Notes: a model not told the origin generated them from the letters alone. A DNA stretch of 28,454 nt from an uncultured virus (IMG/VR IMGVR_UViG_2775507110_000002) (IMGVR_UViG_2775507110_000002), one strand, 5' to 3'. Numbered from the stretch's first letter, positions 1 through 8,147 are shown. Numbers and translations are program-made.

Positions 1-1857
1 GTCCCGGAGACTGGCGGCCCGCACTGGGTGGGGGATTTGCGGGTCGACCTGGGGGACGCCCCGACCGGGGGCAGCACCATCGTGTACGTGCCGGGCCCGG
101 CGGGGGACGACGGGCAGGACGGTGCGGACGGCCTGTCGGCTTACGAGGTGTGGCTGGAGGCCGGGAACACCGGCACCGAGGCGGACTATCTGGCGTCGCT
201 GGTTGGCCCGTCGGGGGCGGCGGAGGCCCAGGAGTACACGGACACCGCCGTCGCTGCGGAGGCGGCGCGCGCGGACGAGGCGTACGACCCGGCCGGCGCG
301 GCAGGGGCCGCCTTCACCGCAGCTGTCGACGCCGCATCGTCCGACGCCGCCACCAAGGCCGCTACCGCCCGAGACGCTGCGATCGCCTCGGCAGCACAGG
401 ACGCGGCCACCAAGGCGGGTAACGCCCAGTCGGCAGCAGTACAGGCTGCGGCAGTGGCAGCTGCCGGTCTCTACCTCCCCAAGGCCCTGTTGACGGTCGA
501 TGCCTTCATGTCCCAGCCCGGCACGAAGGTCTTCGGACACAGGGGTGCGGGGATGGTGGCACCGGAGCACACCGAGGCCGCCTACGACTACGCAATCGCC
601 CACGGCATCCAGGCCATGGAACTCAGCGTCAACGTCGACAGCGAGGGCCAGCTGTGGTGCCTCCACGACCTGACGCTCGACCGGACGACGTACAACACCG
701 GGGCACTCAACACGTATCCGTCGACCGGGGTCGCCCAGCGGATCCTGACGAACGGCCGGGTGATGCTTGGCCAGGGCTGGACGGATCAGCCGATGGTGCC
801 GCTCCGGCGGATGCTCGACAAATACCTCGGGAAGGTCGTGCTCTTCGTCGAGCCCAAGGGCAACGACGCCGTCGTCCCGCTCCAAAACCTCCTGGCCACG
901 TCGTACCCGCACGCGAACCAGTCGGTGATCTGGAAGGCGCACGTCGGCACAAGCTTCGTCTGGCCGAAGAACAACGGGTTCCGGACCTGGTGCTACGTGA
1001 ATGACGACTCCGAGAACTCGGCGCTCGACGCCAAAGACTCCCTGGTGGACTACTGGGGTGTCTCCACATCGATGCCGTCCGCTCGGCGCAAGGAGATCGT
1101 GCAGCGGCCGGGAAGCAAGCCCGTCTTCAGCTGGCCGGTGTACCGCCGGTGGCAGCGGGCCGCCCTGGAGGCTGACGGAGTGGTCGGGCTCATGTCGTCG
1201 GACCCGGTGTACGTGCGCGGCACCACCGCCCAGGCCACCGCGTCCCGGTGGGACCAGCAGGTCAAGGAGTCCGGCGGAACCCCGCAGACCGACTACAACG
1301 TCGACGCGGCGTTGAAGTTCTCCGAGACCGGCGGATGGGTGTCCATCAACCGGTCCCGCGGTACGTACGGGCTCGGCCGGTACTGCCCGATCGTCTCCGG
1401 GGCCGGCGGGTACCGCATCCAGGTCGAGATGAAGTACGACCAGATCAGCAGCGACCTCAACGTCCACGGCGGCCTCTACCTGGGGAAGGCCAGCGACGAC
1501 CCGTACGAGTTCAACACGATCAACCCGAGCAACGGCTATCACCTGATCCTCCGCCACAACGGGGTTCTCCGCCTGTACCGGCATGTGACGACGCAGACGG
1601 GCGGCATCTTGCTCGGCGCGGGGGACATCGGGACTGACGCTCCTGTGGCGGGCCAGTCGATGACCATTCAGGTGGACGTGACGCCTACGACGATCGAGGC
1701 GCGGCGGCTGGGCAATCCACTGTGGACGACGGGGCCTATCTCGGAGACGAATCCGAACGACCGCTACCGGGGCGGCTACTTCGGGTTGAGTAACGGCAGC
1801 ATCAGCGACACGGCGGTGCGCCCGTTCTGGCGGAACCTGGTGATCACGCAGCTGTAG
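1..1857 (+). CDS. Phage tail fibre/spike-like protein with glycerophosphodiester phosphodiesterase (GDPD) domain, probably 5'-truncated at window edge
   Basis: Frame is open from base 1. Collagen-like GPAGDDGQDGADG followed by SAYEVW..G..GTEADYLASLVGP tail-fibre motif, Ala-rich stalk, GDPD motifs GHRG/PEHT/ELSV/HDLTLDRTT/GLMSSDP, and a C-terminal beta-rich lectin-like region. Confidence 0.8.
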   Translation, partial: VPETGGPHWVGDLRVDLGDAPTGGSTIVYVPGPAGDDGQDGADGLSAYEVWLEAGNTGTEADYLASLVGPSGAAEAQEYTDTAVAAEAARADEAYDPAGAAGAAFTAAVDAASSDAATKAATARDAAIASAAQDAATKAGNAQSAAVQAAAVAAAGLYLPKALLTVDAFMSQPGTKVFGHRGAGMVAPEHTEAAYDYAIAHGIQAMELSVNVDSEGQLWCLHDLTLDRTTYNTGALNTYPSTGVAQRILTNGRVMLGQGWTDQPMVPLRRMLDKYLGKVVLFVEPKGNDAVVPLQNLLATSYPHANQSVIWKAHVGTSFVWPKNNGFRTWCYVNDDSENSALDAKDSLVDYWGVSTSMPSARRKEIVQRPGSKPVFSWPVYRRWQRAALEADGVVGLMSSDPVYVRGTTAQATASRWDQQVKESGGTPQTDYNVDAALKFSETGGWVSINRSRGTYGLGRYCPIVSGAGGYRIQVEMKYDQISSDLNVHGGLYLGKASDDPYEFNTINPSNGYHLILRHNGVLRLYRHVTTQTGGILLGAGDIGTDAPVAGQSMTIQVDVTPTTIEARRLGNPLWTTGPISETNPNDRYRGGYFGLSNGSISDTAVRPFWRNLVITQL

Positions 1858-1892
1858 GGGAGGGGGGGGGCGGGAGTCCGGGCCATCCTCGC

Positions 1893-1936
1893 TGTCCTAT
1901 AACTTTGCGACATTAATAACGTGATCTTGCTCAGCT
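1893..1936 (+). repeat. 44-bp site A, inverted copy of site B (13725-13768)
   Basis: TGTCCTATAACTTTGCGACATTAATAACGTGATCTTGCTCAGCT; 40/44 identical to the reverse complement of 13725-13768; AT-rich in a high-GC background. Confidence 0.9.
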
Positions 1937-2050
1937 CTCCGGCAGCGCCGCACCCCCTCTGATCTGCCATCCTCGGCCCGTCTCAACGGACAAGCAGCAG
2001 CACGAGGCACCAGGGGCAGCAACTCGCCCCACCGGGCGCACCCTTGAACC

Positions 2051-2239
2051 ATGAGCGCCGAACTGGACCCCCGCTGGGAATGGATCCACGTCCCCGACGT
2101 CTGGAACCTCAACCAGTGGATCAAGGGGGAGTGCAACCACCTCACCCCCGAACCCGTACACGCCGAGCCGACCGGCGAGCTCGTCGCCCACCTCTGCCCG
2201 GACTGCAACACCCAACTCCCCGCCGAGTGGCAGCCATGA
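2051..2239 (+). CDS. Small putative Zn-binding protein (CxH...CxxC), paralog of 3176-3436
   Basis: 62 aa, GC3-rich codons, CNHL..EPVH..GELVAHLCPDC..LPA; CACCCT-N6-ATG leaderless start. Confidence 0.7.
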   Translation: MSAELDPRWEWIHVPDVWNLNQWIKGECNHLTPEPVHAEPTGELVAHLCPDCNTQLPAEWQP

Positions 2240-2388
2240 GCACCGACCCGGCTCCCCGCGAGGTCGAGGCGCCCAGCCCCGACACGGACACTGCCCACCC
2301 CGGCGAACCACCCGACCCCGCACCGCCGGAGCGCCCACACGAACCGGGCGCCCGGCCGGCCCCGCTGTCCCGGCTGCTGTACCCGTGA
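2236..2388 (+). CDS. Small Pro-rich hypothetical protein
   Basis: ATGA overlap with the upstream stop; 50 aa. Confidence 0.45.
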   Translation: MSTDPAPREVEAPSPDTDTAHPGEPPDPAPPERPHEPGARPAPLSRLLYP

Positions 2389-2424
2389 CGGGCCGCGAGC
2401 GGGTTGTCTCAGAATCACGCCAGC

Positions 2425-2561
2425 ACCCGGCTTTCCCTGGCTCCGCGCCCACGAGTCCCACTACGGTGGGCAGTGCTCCCGGTGCTACGGGGGCTCCAAC
2501 CGGTACGAACGTGGCGCGGTCCTGCGGCGGTCCCTTTGGCGAGGGCGCGGGGCCGCGCTTT
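2425..2561 (+). ncRNA. Candidate structured small RNA ending in a terminator-like hairpin
   Basis: CCCAC-TACG-GTGGG hairpin (cUACGg tetraloop), GCTCCCG/CGGGGGC hairpin, and a long stem 2514-2558 with an apical TTGGCG loop followed by TTT. Confidence 0.35.
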
Positions 2562-2755
2562 GCGTTGTCGGTGCCAGTGGTGACGCGGATGCTGGGCGCT
2601 TGGTCGTCGCCGTGGTGCCCGTACTGTCGTGGCCCGGCGGGGGTGGACTGCCCGTCGCGCAGCTGGTCGAGGAAGACGCAGCGGGCACGGGAGAAGCGGG
2701 CCTGGCGGCGGGAGGCAGGGGCAGGGCTCCGGGCCGCCCGTGCCACGCTGGAGTC

Positions 2756-2995
2756 ATGAGCCTTCAGCAACCCGCATCGTCTGGCTGGTGCCAGCTCCTC
2801 GACGGCATCACCATCCTCGACAGCAACGGCCAACGCCAACCGGACTGCCCGAACCCCCCGGTTGCCCGGATCACGCATCACCACGGCGGCACGACGATGC
2901 TCTGCCGAGAGGATCTGGACAGGTGGCTCGACAACGCGGACGACGACCCGGGCATGGAACCCGCCGGGCTCCACCTGCTGCCGGTGGGGCGGTGA
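2756..2995 (+). CDS. Small hypothetical protein with Cys residues
   Basis: 79 aa with typical codon usage; CACGCT-N6-ATG leaderless start. Confidence 0.65.
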   Translation: MSLQQPASSGWCQLLDGITILDSNGQRQPDCPNPPVARITHHHGGTTMLCREDLDRWLDNADDDPGMEPAGLHLLPVGR

Positions 2996-3093
2996 AGTAC
3001 CGGGCGCTCGCCGTGACGGTCTGGGTCGCGGGAGCCGTTGTGATCTATGGGGTCACGGTCCTGCTTCAGCGCCTCGGCTTGTATCCGAGCTGA
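2992..3093 (+). CDS. 33-aa single-pass membrane peptide
   Basis: GTGA coupling to the upstream gene; KYR followed by hydrophobic ALAVTVWVAGAVVIYGVTVLL. Confidence 0.5.
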   Translation: MKYRALAVTVWVAGAVVIYGVTVLLQRLGLYPS

Positions 3094-3175
3094 TCCTTAG
3101 GATTGCGTACAGCGCAGAAGTGGCGGGCCCCTTCGGTTCGGCCCGGCTTGTACGCGCGACCGGTACCTTGGGCGT

Positions 3176-3436
3176 ATGAGATTCCTGCGCCGCAGCGCCC
3201 CGTCGGCCCCCGAATCTACGGCGGCCCGCTGCCGCCACCTCACCGAGAACGTCGAGCCCGTGCACGATGTCGACGGCCGCCTGGTCGCTGCTCTGTGCAC
3301 CGCGTGCGATGCGAGCCTTCCGGCGTGGCAGGCGTGCAAGGACTGCGGCTACATCACTGTCGGTGCCTTCGGCGAGCGTGGCGAGTGGCGCAACCTGATG
3401 TCGCCCTGTGAGCAGCACGCCGCCGACGCGCGCTGA
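3176..3436 (+). CDS. Small putative Zn-binding protein, paralog of 2051-2239
   Basis: CRHL..EPVH..GRLVAALCTAC..LPA plus extra CKDC and C..H; TACCTT-N6-ATG leaderless start. Confidence 0.7.
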   Translation: MRFLRRSAPSAPESTAARCRHLTENVEPVHDVDGRLVAALCTACDASLPAWQACKDCGYITVGAFGERGEWRNLMSPCEQHAADAR

Positions 3437-3465
3437 CCGACCGCGCCGCAACGTACAGTCGGGTT

Positions 3466-3784
3466 ATGACAGTTCGCATCGTGATGCACGCTTCGTCCTT
3501 GCCCGATGGCTACCCGGCGGACGAGCGGGACCAGAACTACGAGGACACCTCCGGAGCCCGGTACACTTCGCTATCGATGCTCCGTCAGCCGCCCACCAGG
3601 GACGACGAGGGCTTAGCGCACGATCTGACATGGATGTTCCTCAAGCCCCTACACGTACACACTGCACCCGAGTGGGGCGTTGACCGTCTTCAAGAAGGAG
3701 GCGGGCATGCCCATCGCCGACATTGAAGTGATCTACGGCCCCACGGCGTGGGAGAGCGTGCAGGGCGACGGAGGCAACTCCTAG
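3466..3784 (+). pseudogene. Hypothetical protein with apparent one-base frameshift at GGGG 3674-3677
   Basis: TACAGT-N6-ATG start; removing one G continues the frame EW-ALTVFKKEAGMPIADIEVIYGPTAWESVQGDGGNS to TAG 3784 with GC3-rich codons. Confidence 0.55.
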
Positions 3785-3828
3785 CCCTGAGCTTAGGATC
3801 GCGCTCACAGCAGATTCGCACTGTTCGA

Positions 3829-3866
3829 CTGATGCCCCCTCCGGATGGTCACGGCGGGGGCATCAG
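3829..3866. terminator. Strong hairpin, probable terminator
   Basis: CTGATGCCCCC...GGGGGCATCAG 11-bp perfect arms plus an inner CCG/CGG stem. Confidence 0.6.
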
Positions 3867-3938
3867 CGCGTGTCACTCCAGATAATGTAAAGACCTCCCA
3901 GCGTTGACCCGCGTGTTTGTTGTGCGCTTTGTATCACC

Positions 3939-3962
3939 CACCTATAATTTCCCTTGTACGTG
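3939..3962. promoter_or_regulatory. Candidate tyrosine-recombinase core site
   Basis: CACCTATAA-TTTCCC-TTGTACGTG: 9-bp imperfect inverted arms (7/9) around a 6-bp spacer, in an AT-rich patch upstream of the recombinase operon. Confidence 0.45.
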
Positions 3963-3991
3963 CCTGCGTACCTGAGAGGGGATCTCCGCGC

Positions 3992-4642
3992 ATGACGCTC
4001 ACTCGGCAAATCATCCTTGCCCGCCTTGTCCTCGCTGTGTTCGCAGCGATGATGGCTTACGCGCTGATCGCTGGAGTGGCGAGCGGCTACTGGGGTGGCG
4101 TGGCCATCCTCGTTCCGCTGATCGCCATAGGCGCATGGGCGCTCCGCCTTGAGTGGGGGATGCTTGACCAGCAGCGCCCCATCGCTGAACTGGGCACCCA
4201 ACTCCGCGAAGCGGCACGGGTGGTGCCCACCGGTGTGACTCGGATCTTCATCAGCAGGACCTCGGACGAGGTGATCCTCTGCCACCCCTCCCGGAAGCAC
4301 AGCAGCCCTGACCAGTTCTCCCGGGTGCAGATCGAAGACGCGGAGACGATGAACTTCGCGGAGCCGGGCGCTCTGATCCACCTGCCCGCCACCACCTACC
4401 GGGTAAGCCGGACCCTCCCGATGGTCTGGCGGCACTCCTGGGTTGGGGAAGCCGTCAAGGGGGCGGAGGGGGAGTACCACTCCAGCACGCCCACGCCGAC
4501 AAGCTACCGCGCGGCGCTCAAGGCTCTGATGCTGAACCACCGGACCGGCGTGATGGTCCCGGACGGTCAGGAGCTGCGCGAGGTGATCGACCTGATCCAG
4601 CGCGCTGACCGCGCCCTGGACGTGCCGGGCAGCCCGGCGTGA
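3992..4642 (+). CDS. Membrane protein (two N-terminal TM helices plus soluble domain)
   Basis: GAGAGGGG RBS; two hydrophobic segments in the first ~50 aa; stop overlaps the recombinase start (GTGA). Confidence 0.7.
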   Translation: MTLTRQIILARLVLAVFAAMMAYALIAGVASGYWGGVAILVPLIAIGAWALRLEWGMLDQQRPIAELGTQLREAARVVPTGVTRIFISRTSDEVILCHPSRKHSSPDQFSRVQIEDAETMNFAEPGALIHLPATTYRVSRTLPMVWRHSWVGEAVKGAEGEYHSSTPTPTSYRAALKALMLNHRTGVMVPDGQELREVIDLIQRADRALDVPGSPA

Positions 4643-5793
4643 CCGACAACCTGGAGGTGGTCGACGCCGAGCTGGTAGACGACGACCGCCTCCCCGCCAC
4701 CATCCAGCCCCACCCGCCCGCCACCGTGCGCCCGGCGGTCGACCGGCACACCGTGCTCTACCCCGGGCAGGCTGTCCCCACCAAGGCAGACCAGCCGACG
4801 TACACCGAACGGGACCTGTACGTCTCCGAGCGGACCGCCGAGCGGATGGAGAACCACTCCGCGCCGAAGAACACCAGCGCCAACTACACCTCCCAGCGCA
4901 ACCTGTTCAAGGCTTGGTGCACCGCGCAGGGCCGCGTCGCCCGGCCCTGCACCACCGCCACGTACATCGAGTACGCCGCCCACCTCATCGACCTCGGCCG
5001 GTCCCCGAACGCCATCAGCGCCGCCCTGTCCGCCGTCCGCACCTGGATGCCCGAGGACAAGAAGCCCGGCACCCGAGAGGCCCGGGGGATGCTGAACGAG
5101 TACAAGAAGGAGTGGGCGAAGCGCACCGCCGTCCGCAAGGCCCCGCCCATCAACGACGCGCTACTGCGGGCCATGGTCGCCACGTGCGACCTCACCACCC
5201 CCGCCGGGGTCCGGGACCGGTGCATGCTCCTCCTCGGCCACGGAGCGCTCAACCGGCGCGTCGAACTCGCCGACCTGTCCATCGCTGACGTGGCGGTCGA
5301 CGACGACTTTGTGACCCTCCACATCCGGTCGTCCAAGACCGACCAGGAGGCCAAGGGCGAACACACCGACATCCCCACCGACCCCGACCCGCTCCTCGAC
5401 CCGGTGGCCGCCGTACGGAACTGGCTGACCGTCCTCCACCGCCTCGGCGTCCGCGACGGCGCATTCTTCCGCGCCTTGACCTCCCGGGGCACCCTGCAGA
5501 GCCGTGCGGCCGCCAAGGAGCGGGGGGCATACGTCACCGGGGACGCCATCAACGACTGGGTACGCAACCGGGCACACAAAGCCGGGGCACCCAACTGGCA
5601 GCAGATCACCGCCCACGGGCTCCGCCGAGGCGGCGCACAAGCCATCGCGGAAGCGGGCCAGGATCCGACGAAGCAGGGCCGGTGGAAGCCCGGCTCGACC
5701 GTGGTGAAGCGGGAGTACCTGGACCGGGCCCAGTCCAGGGCGGAGAATCCGTGGCTCAAGGTGCAGGCGAAACGGCGCGAGGAGCCCACGTGA
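4639..5793 (+). CDS. Cre-like tyrosine site-specific recombinase
   Basis: Core-binding domain (NTSANY...FKAWC); catalytic R (LNRRVEL), K (SSKTD), HxxR (AHGLRRG), W (GRW) and Y (REYL). Confidence 0.9.
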   Translation: MTDNLEVVDAELVDDDRLPATIQPHPPATVRPAVDRHTVLYPGQAVPTKADQPTYTERDLYVSERTAERMENHSAPKNTSANYTSQRNLFKAWCTAQGRVARPCTTATYIEYAAHLIDLGRSPNAISAALSAVRTWMPEDKKPGTREARGMLNEYKKEWAKRTAVRKAPPINDALLRAMVATCDLTTPAGVRDRCMLLLGHGALNRRVELADLSIADVAVDDDFVTLHIRSSKTDQEAKGEHTDIPTDPDPLLDPVAAVRNWLTVLHRLGVRDGAFFRALTSRGTLQSRAAAKERGAYVTGDAINDWVRNRAHKAGAPNWQQITAHGLRRGGAQAIAEAGQDPTKQGRWKPGSTVVKREYLDRAQSRAENPWLKVQAKRREEPT

Positions 5794-6881
5794 CCCCCAA
5801 GGCGTACAAGGCGGCGTCGGTGCGGCAGCTGTCGGCGGTGGTCGACGGCATGGCCGGCACCGTATCGGAGGGCCGGTTGCGGCAGTTGCGGATGGTGGTC
5901 GGCATGTTCGACCGGGCGGTGGGCCGGGACGAGATGCCGGGCCGGGCAGCCAGGTCGGCGGCCCAGTTGTTCACGTGGGCGGCGTTGCGCCCGTTCTGGG
6001 AGTTGGCGGCGGCCGGGGAGTTGCGGCACTGGGAGAAGGGTGTGGGGAAGCCGCTGCCGGTGACGACGCTCAGGGTGGTGCGGAACTGCCTGGAGATCCT
6101 GGCCGGCCGGGTGTTGCCGGAGGGGCGGTGGGTGCGGTTGCCGGAGCTGGAAGTGCCCGTGCTGAAGCCGACGGTGGATGACCGGTCGCTGGCTGCCTTG
6201 TACCGGGGGATGGTGGATCTGGCCGCGCAGGGGCCGTTGGTGCGGGACGGGACGGCGTTGTCGGTGGAGGACCGCACCCGACTGTTGGCGATGGTCGCGG
6301 TGCTGCTGGACGCGGGGCCGCGGTCGGGGGAGATGGCCGCGCAGACGTTGGCGGACCTGGCGCCGGGTGAGGTGGCGGTGGGGGTGCGGCGGCGGTCCCA
6401 GCGTCTGGACGAGTACCGGGTTGGGGAGGTGGCCGCGGTGACGGGGGTGCATCCGGTGACGGTGTCGAAGGTGTTGTCCGGGTTGGGGAACGACCGCTTC
6501 TCGGAGGCGACGGAGGCCCTCGTGCTGGAGGCGGCTGCGGCGTTGCCGCCGGTGCCGGAGGTGGAGTGGTTCGAGTTGCGGGAGGGGTCTCGGGTGGTGG
6601 TGCGCCGGTGGTTGGCGTTGCGGGAGCGCCTGGTGTCGGAGGATGTGCCGTTGACGGGTCAGCGGACCGCGCTGTGGGTGTCGTTGGTGCCGTCGAAGGC
6701 GGGCCCGATCGGGATCCCGCTCAGGCCGCAGGGGTTGAGGCAGGCGTATGCGCGGGGGATCACGGCGTTGAACTGGGTGATGGCCGGCCAGTACGGGTGG
6801 GAGCCGTTTCCGACGACGATGGAGCAGGTGCGCCGGTCGGTGGATGTGGTGCCGTTGCTGGATCCGCCGCCGGGGGTGTGA
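5790..6881 (+). CDS. Degenerate tyrosine-recombinase-fold protein with inserted LacI-type HTH
   Basis: GTGA-coupled start; RTRLLAMVAVLLDAGPRSGEM (box I), LacI-like RVGEVAAVTGVHPVTVSKVLSG...SEATEALVLEAAAAL, VRRWL and ALWVS patches; ends TMEQVRRS with no catalytic Tyr segment. Confidence 0.7.
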   Translation: MTPKAYKAASVRQLSAVVDGMAGTVSEGRLRQLRMVVGMFDRAVGRDEMPGRAARSAAQLFTWAALRPFWELAAAGELRHWEKGVGKPLPVTTLRVVRNCLEILAGRVLPEGRWVRLPELEVPVLKPTVDDRSLAALYRGMVDLAAQGPLVRDGTALSVEDRTRLLAMVAVLLDAGPRSGEMAAQTLADLAPGEVAVGVRRRSQRLDEYRVGEVAAVTGVHPVTVSKVLSGLGNDRFSEATEALVLEAAAALPPVPEVEWFELREGSRVVVRRWLALRERLVSEDVPLTGQRTALWVSLVPSKAGPIGIPLRPQGLRQAYARGITALNWVMAGQYGWEPFPTTMEQVRRSVDVVPLLDPPPGV

Positions 6882-6888
6882 GCCGAGG

Positions 6889-7095
6889 TCAGGTGCCGGG
6901 GAGGGTGTCTTGGTCGACTTCGTGGGGTGCGGCGGCGCCGGGGTGCCGGTTGGGGTCGCAGTCGGGGCCCCAACCGTTCAGGCGTGAGCTGAGGGCGGTC
7001 AGCGGCCGTCCGCAGCGTCGGCAGTACCGGTGCCGGTACCCGGTGTTGGGGTCGTCGATGAGGGTGGGCTGCTGGTTCCGGTCGGTTCGGGCCAT
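6889..7095 (-). CDS. DUF6011-like zinc-finger protein
   Basis: CRRCGRPLTALSSRLNGWGPDC motif. Confidence 0.7.
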   Translation of the reverse strand: MARTDRNQQPTLIDDPNTGYRHRYCRRCGRPLTALSSRLNGWGPDCDPNRHPGAAAPHEVDQDTLPGT

Positions 7096-7175
7096 GGGTT
7101 CAGTGTCCGGTTTGGTGGCGGCTGGCGCGAGGTGCGGTCTACAATCACCGTGATCTCACGGTTCTGCCCGTGAGC

Positions 7176-7206
7176 GAGGCCACCCCCGGGGACGGAGGTG
7201 GCCTTC
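7176..7206. terminator. Hairpin, probable terminator
   Basis: GAGGCCACC...GGTGGCCTTC stem 13 nt after the stop of 7220-7474. Confidence 0.5.
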
Positions 7207-7219
7207 GGCGTTCACGGGG

Positions 7220-7474
7220 TCAGGCGGTCTCGCGGTGCTTCTCAACCAGATCCCGGATCCACGGCTCCCAGAACTCCTGGAGGTCGACCCGATAGGCGAT
7301 CGACACCAGCAGCTTCGACTCCCGGTCGATGGTCAACGCCGTGACGCTGGTGACCTCCTCACGGTGGTACGCGATGCGCAGCCCCACCACATCGCAGTGG
7401 ACGAAGTCGTACTTGATGGGCGGCACGTCGGAGACGGAGAGTTCCAGTGTCCGGGCGGTGATCTCGGTCTTCAT
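7220..7474 (-). CDS. Hypothetical protein
   Basis: 84 aa; AAGGAG RBS; GC3-rich codons. Confidence 0.7.
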   Translation of the reverse strand: MKTEITARTLELSVSDVPPIKYDFVHCDVVGLRIAYHREEVTSVTALTIDRESKLLVSIAYRVDLQEFWEPWIRDLVEKHRETA

Positions 7475-7492
7475 GGGGCTCCTTAGGTGGGG

Positions 7493-7642
7493 TCAGGCGC
7501 GGGTGCGCATCCAGTGCTTGGGGTCGTTGCCGGTTCCGCAGCAGGTCGGACAGTTGCCCGTGTCCGGGTCGCAGTCGACGCAGCCGGCCCCGTCGCACTG
7601 GGGGTGGGCGCCTTCGCCTTTACAGGTGCGGCAGTCGTTCAT
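7493..7642 (-). CDS. 49-aa Cys-rich protein with DnaJ-type CxxCxGxG zinc-finger repeats
   Basis: MNDCRTCKGEG...CPTCCGTG; AAGGA RBS. Confidence 0.7.
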   Translation of the reverse strand: MNDCRTCKGEGAHPQCDGAGCVDCDPDTGNCPTCCGTGNDPKHWMRTRA

Positions 7643-7656
7643 GGGGTTCCTTCGGG

Positions 7657-8103
7657 TCAGGCGGCGAGGCCGGTGTCGGACTGGATCAGGGTGCGCGGGG
7701 TGTAGTCGGCGTCGTCCTGGTCGCGGGCGAGCTCGTAGAAGAACAGGGCCTGCGCGTCGGAGACGGGCGCGGGGGCGGGCCGGATGTACTTGGTGGGGGC
7801 CGGGCGGTCCAGGACGTGGGCCATGCGGTGGACGGTGTAGCTGAGAATGCCCGACAGGTGGAATTCCCGGGCTTCTCCCCGGAGCCGGCACATGGCGATG
7901 ACGATGATGCCGCCGCCCTTGACGGTGCCGTCCTTGCGGATGCGCACGCTGGTGGTGCGGAGTTCGGTGATCTCGATGGTCCTCACAGTGGGCTCGGTCT
8001 CGCCGGGCTTGAGGTAAGTGATGGTCACGGCGTTGGCGCGGTCCAGGGCGCGGTAGAGGTCGGCGAGGGTCTTGGTGCTGGTCTGCCGGTCGGTGTGCTT
8101 CAT
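7657..8103 (-). CDS. Stand-alone WYL-domain protein
   Basis: AVTITYLKPGETEPTVRTIEI...VIAMCRLRGEAREFHLSGI matches the WYL pattern; 148 aa; no HTH seen. Confidence 0.7.
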   Translation of the reverse strand: MKHTDRQTSTKTLADLYRALDRANAVTITYLKPGETEPTVRTIEITELRTTSVRIRKDGTVKGGGIIVIAMCRLRGEAREFHLSGILSYTVHRMAHVLDRPAPTKYIRPAPAPVSDAQALFFYELARDQDDADYTPRTLIQSDTGLAA

Positions 8104-8147
8104 CGATACCCCCGCGTGTTGTGGTGTGCGACCACCATGACACGAAA

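Noticed and set aside
1857..1874. G-run after the tail-fibre stop as a phase-variation tract or G-quadruplex
   Set aside because: Non-coding, single occurrence, no linked promoter evident.
1893..1920. Chromosomal dif site
   Set aside because: Shares ATAA and GCGACATTA but lacks the TTATGT XerD arm at 6-bp spacing.
2425..2500. tRNA gene
   Set aside because: No T-loop GTTC motif or cloverleaf.
4884..6452. Long antisense or alternate-frame ORFs (also 10878-12914, 9740-11140, 15718-17019, 18600-19685 and the upstream part of 7657-9177)
   Set aside because: Shadows of real genes in high-GC DNA; Arg/Pro/Gly-rich with no motifs.
5790..6881. Protelomerase
   Set aside because: No catalytic Tyr region and no long perfect palindromic target in the window.
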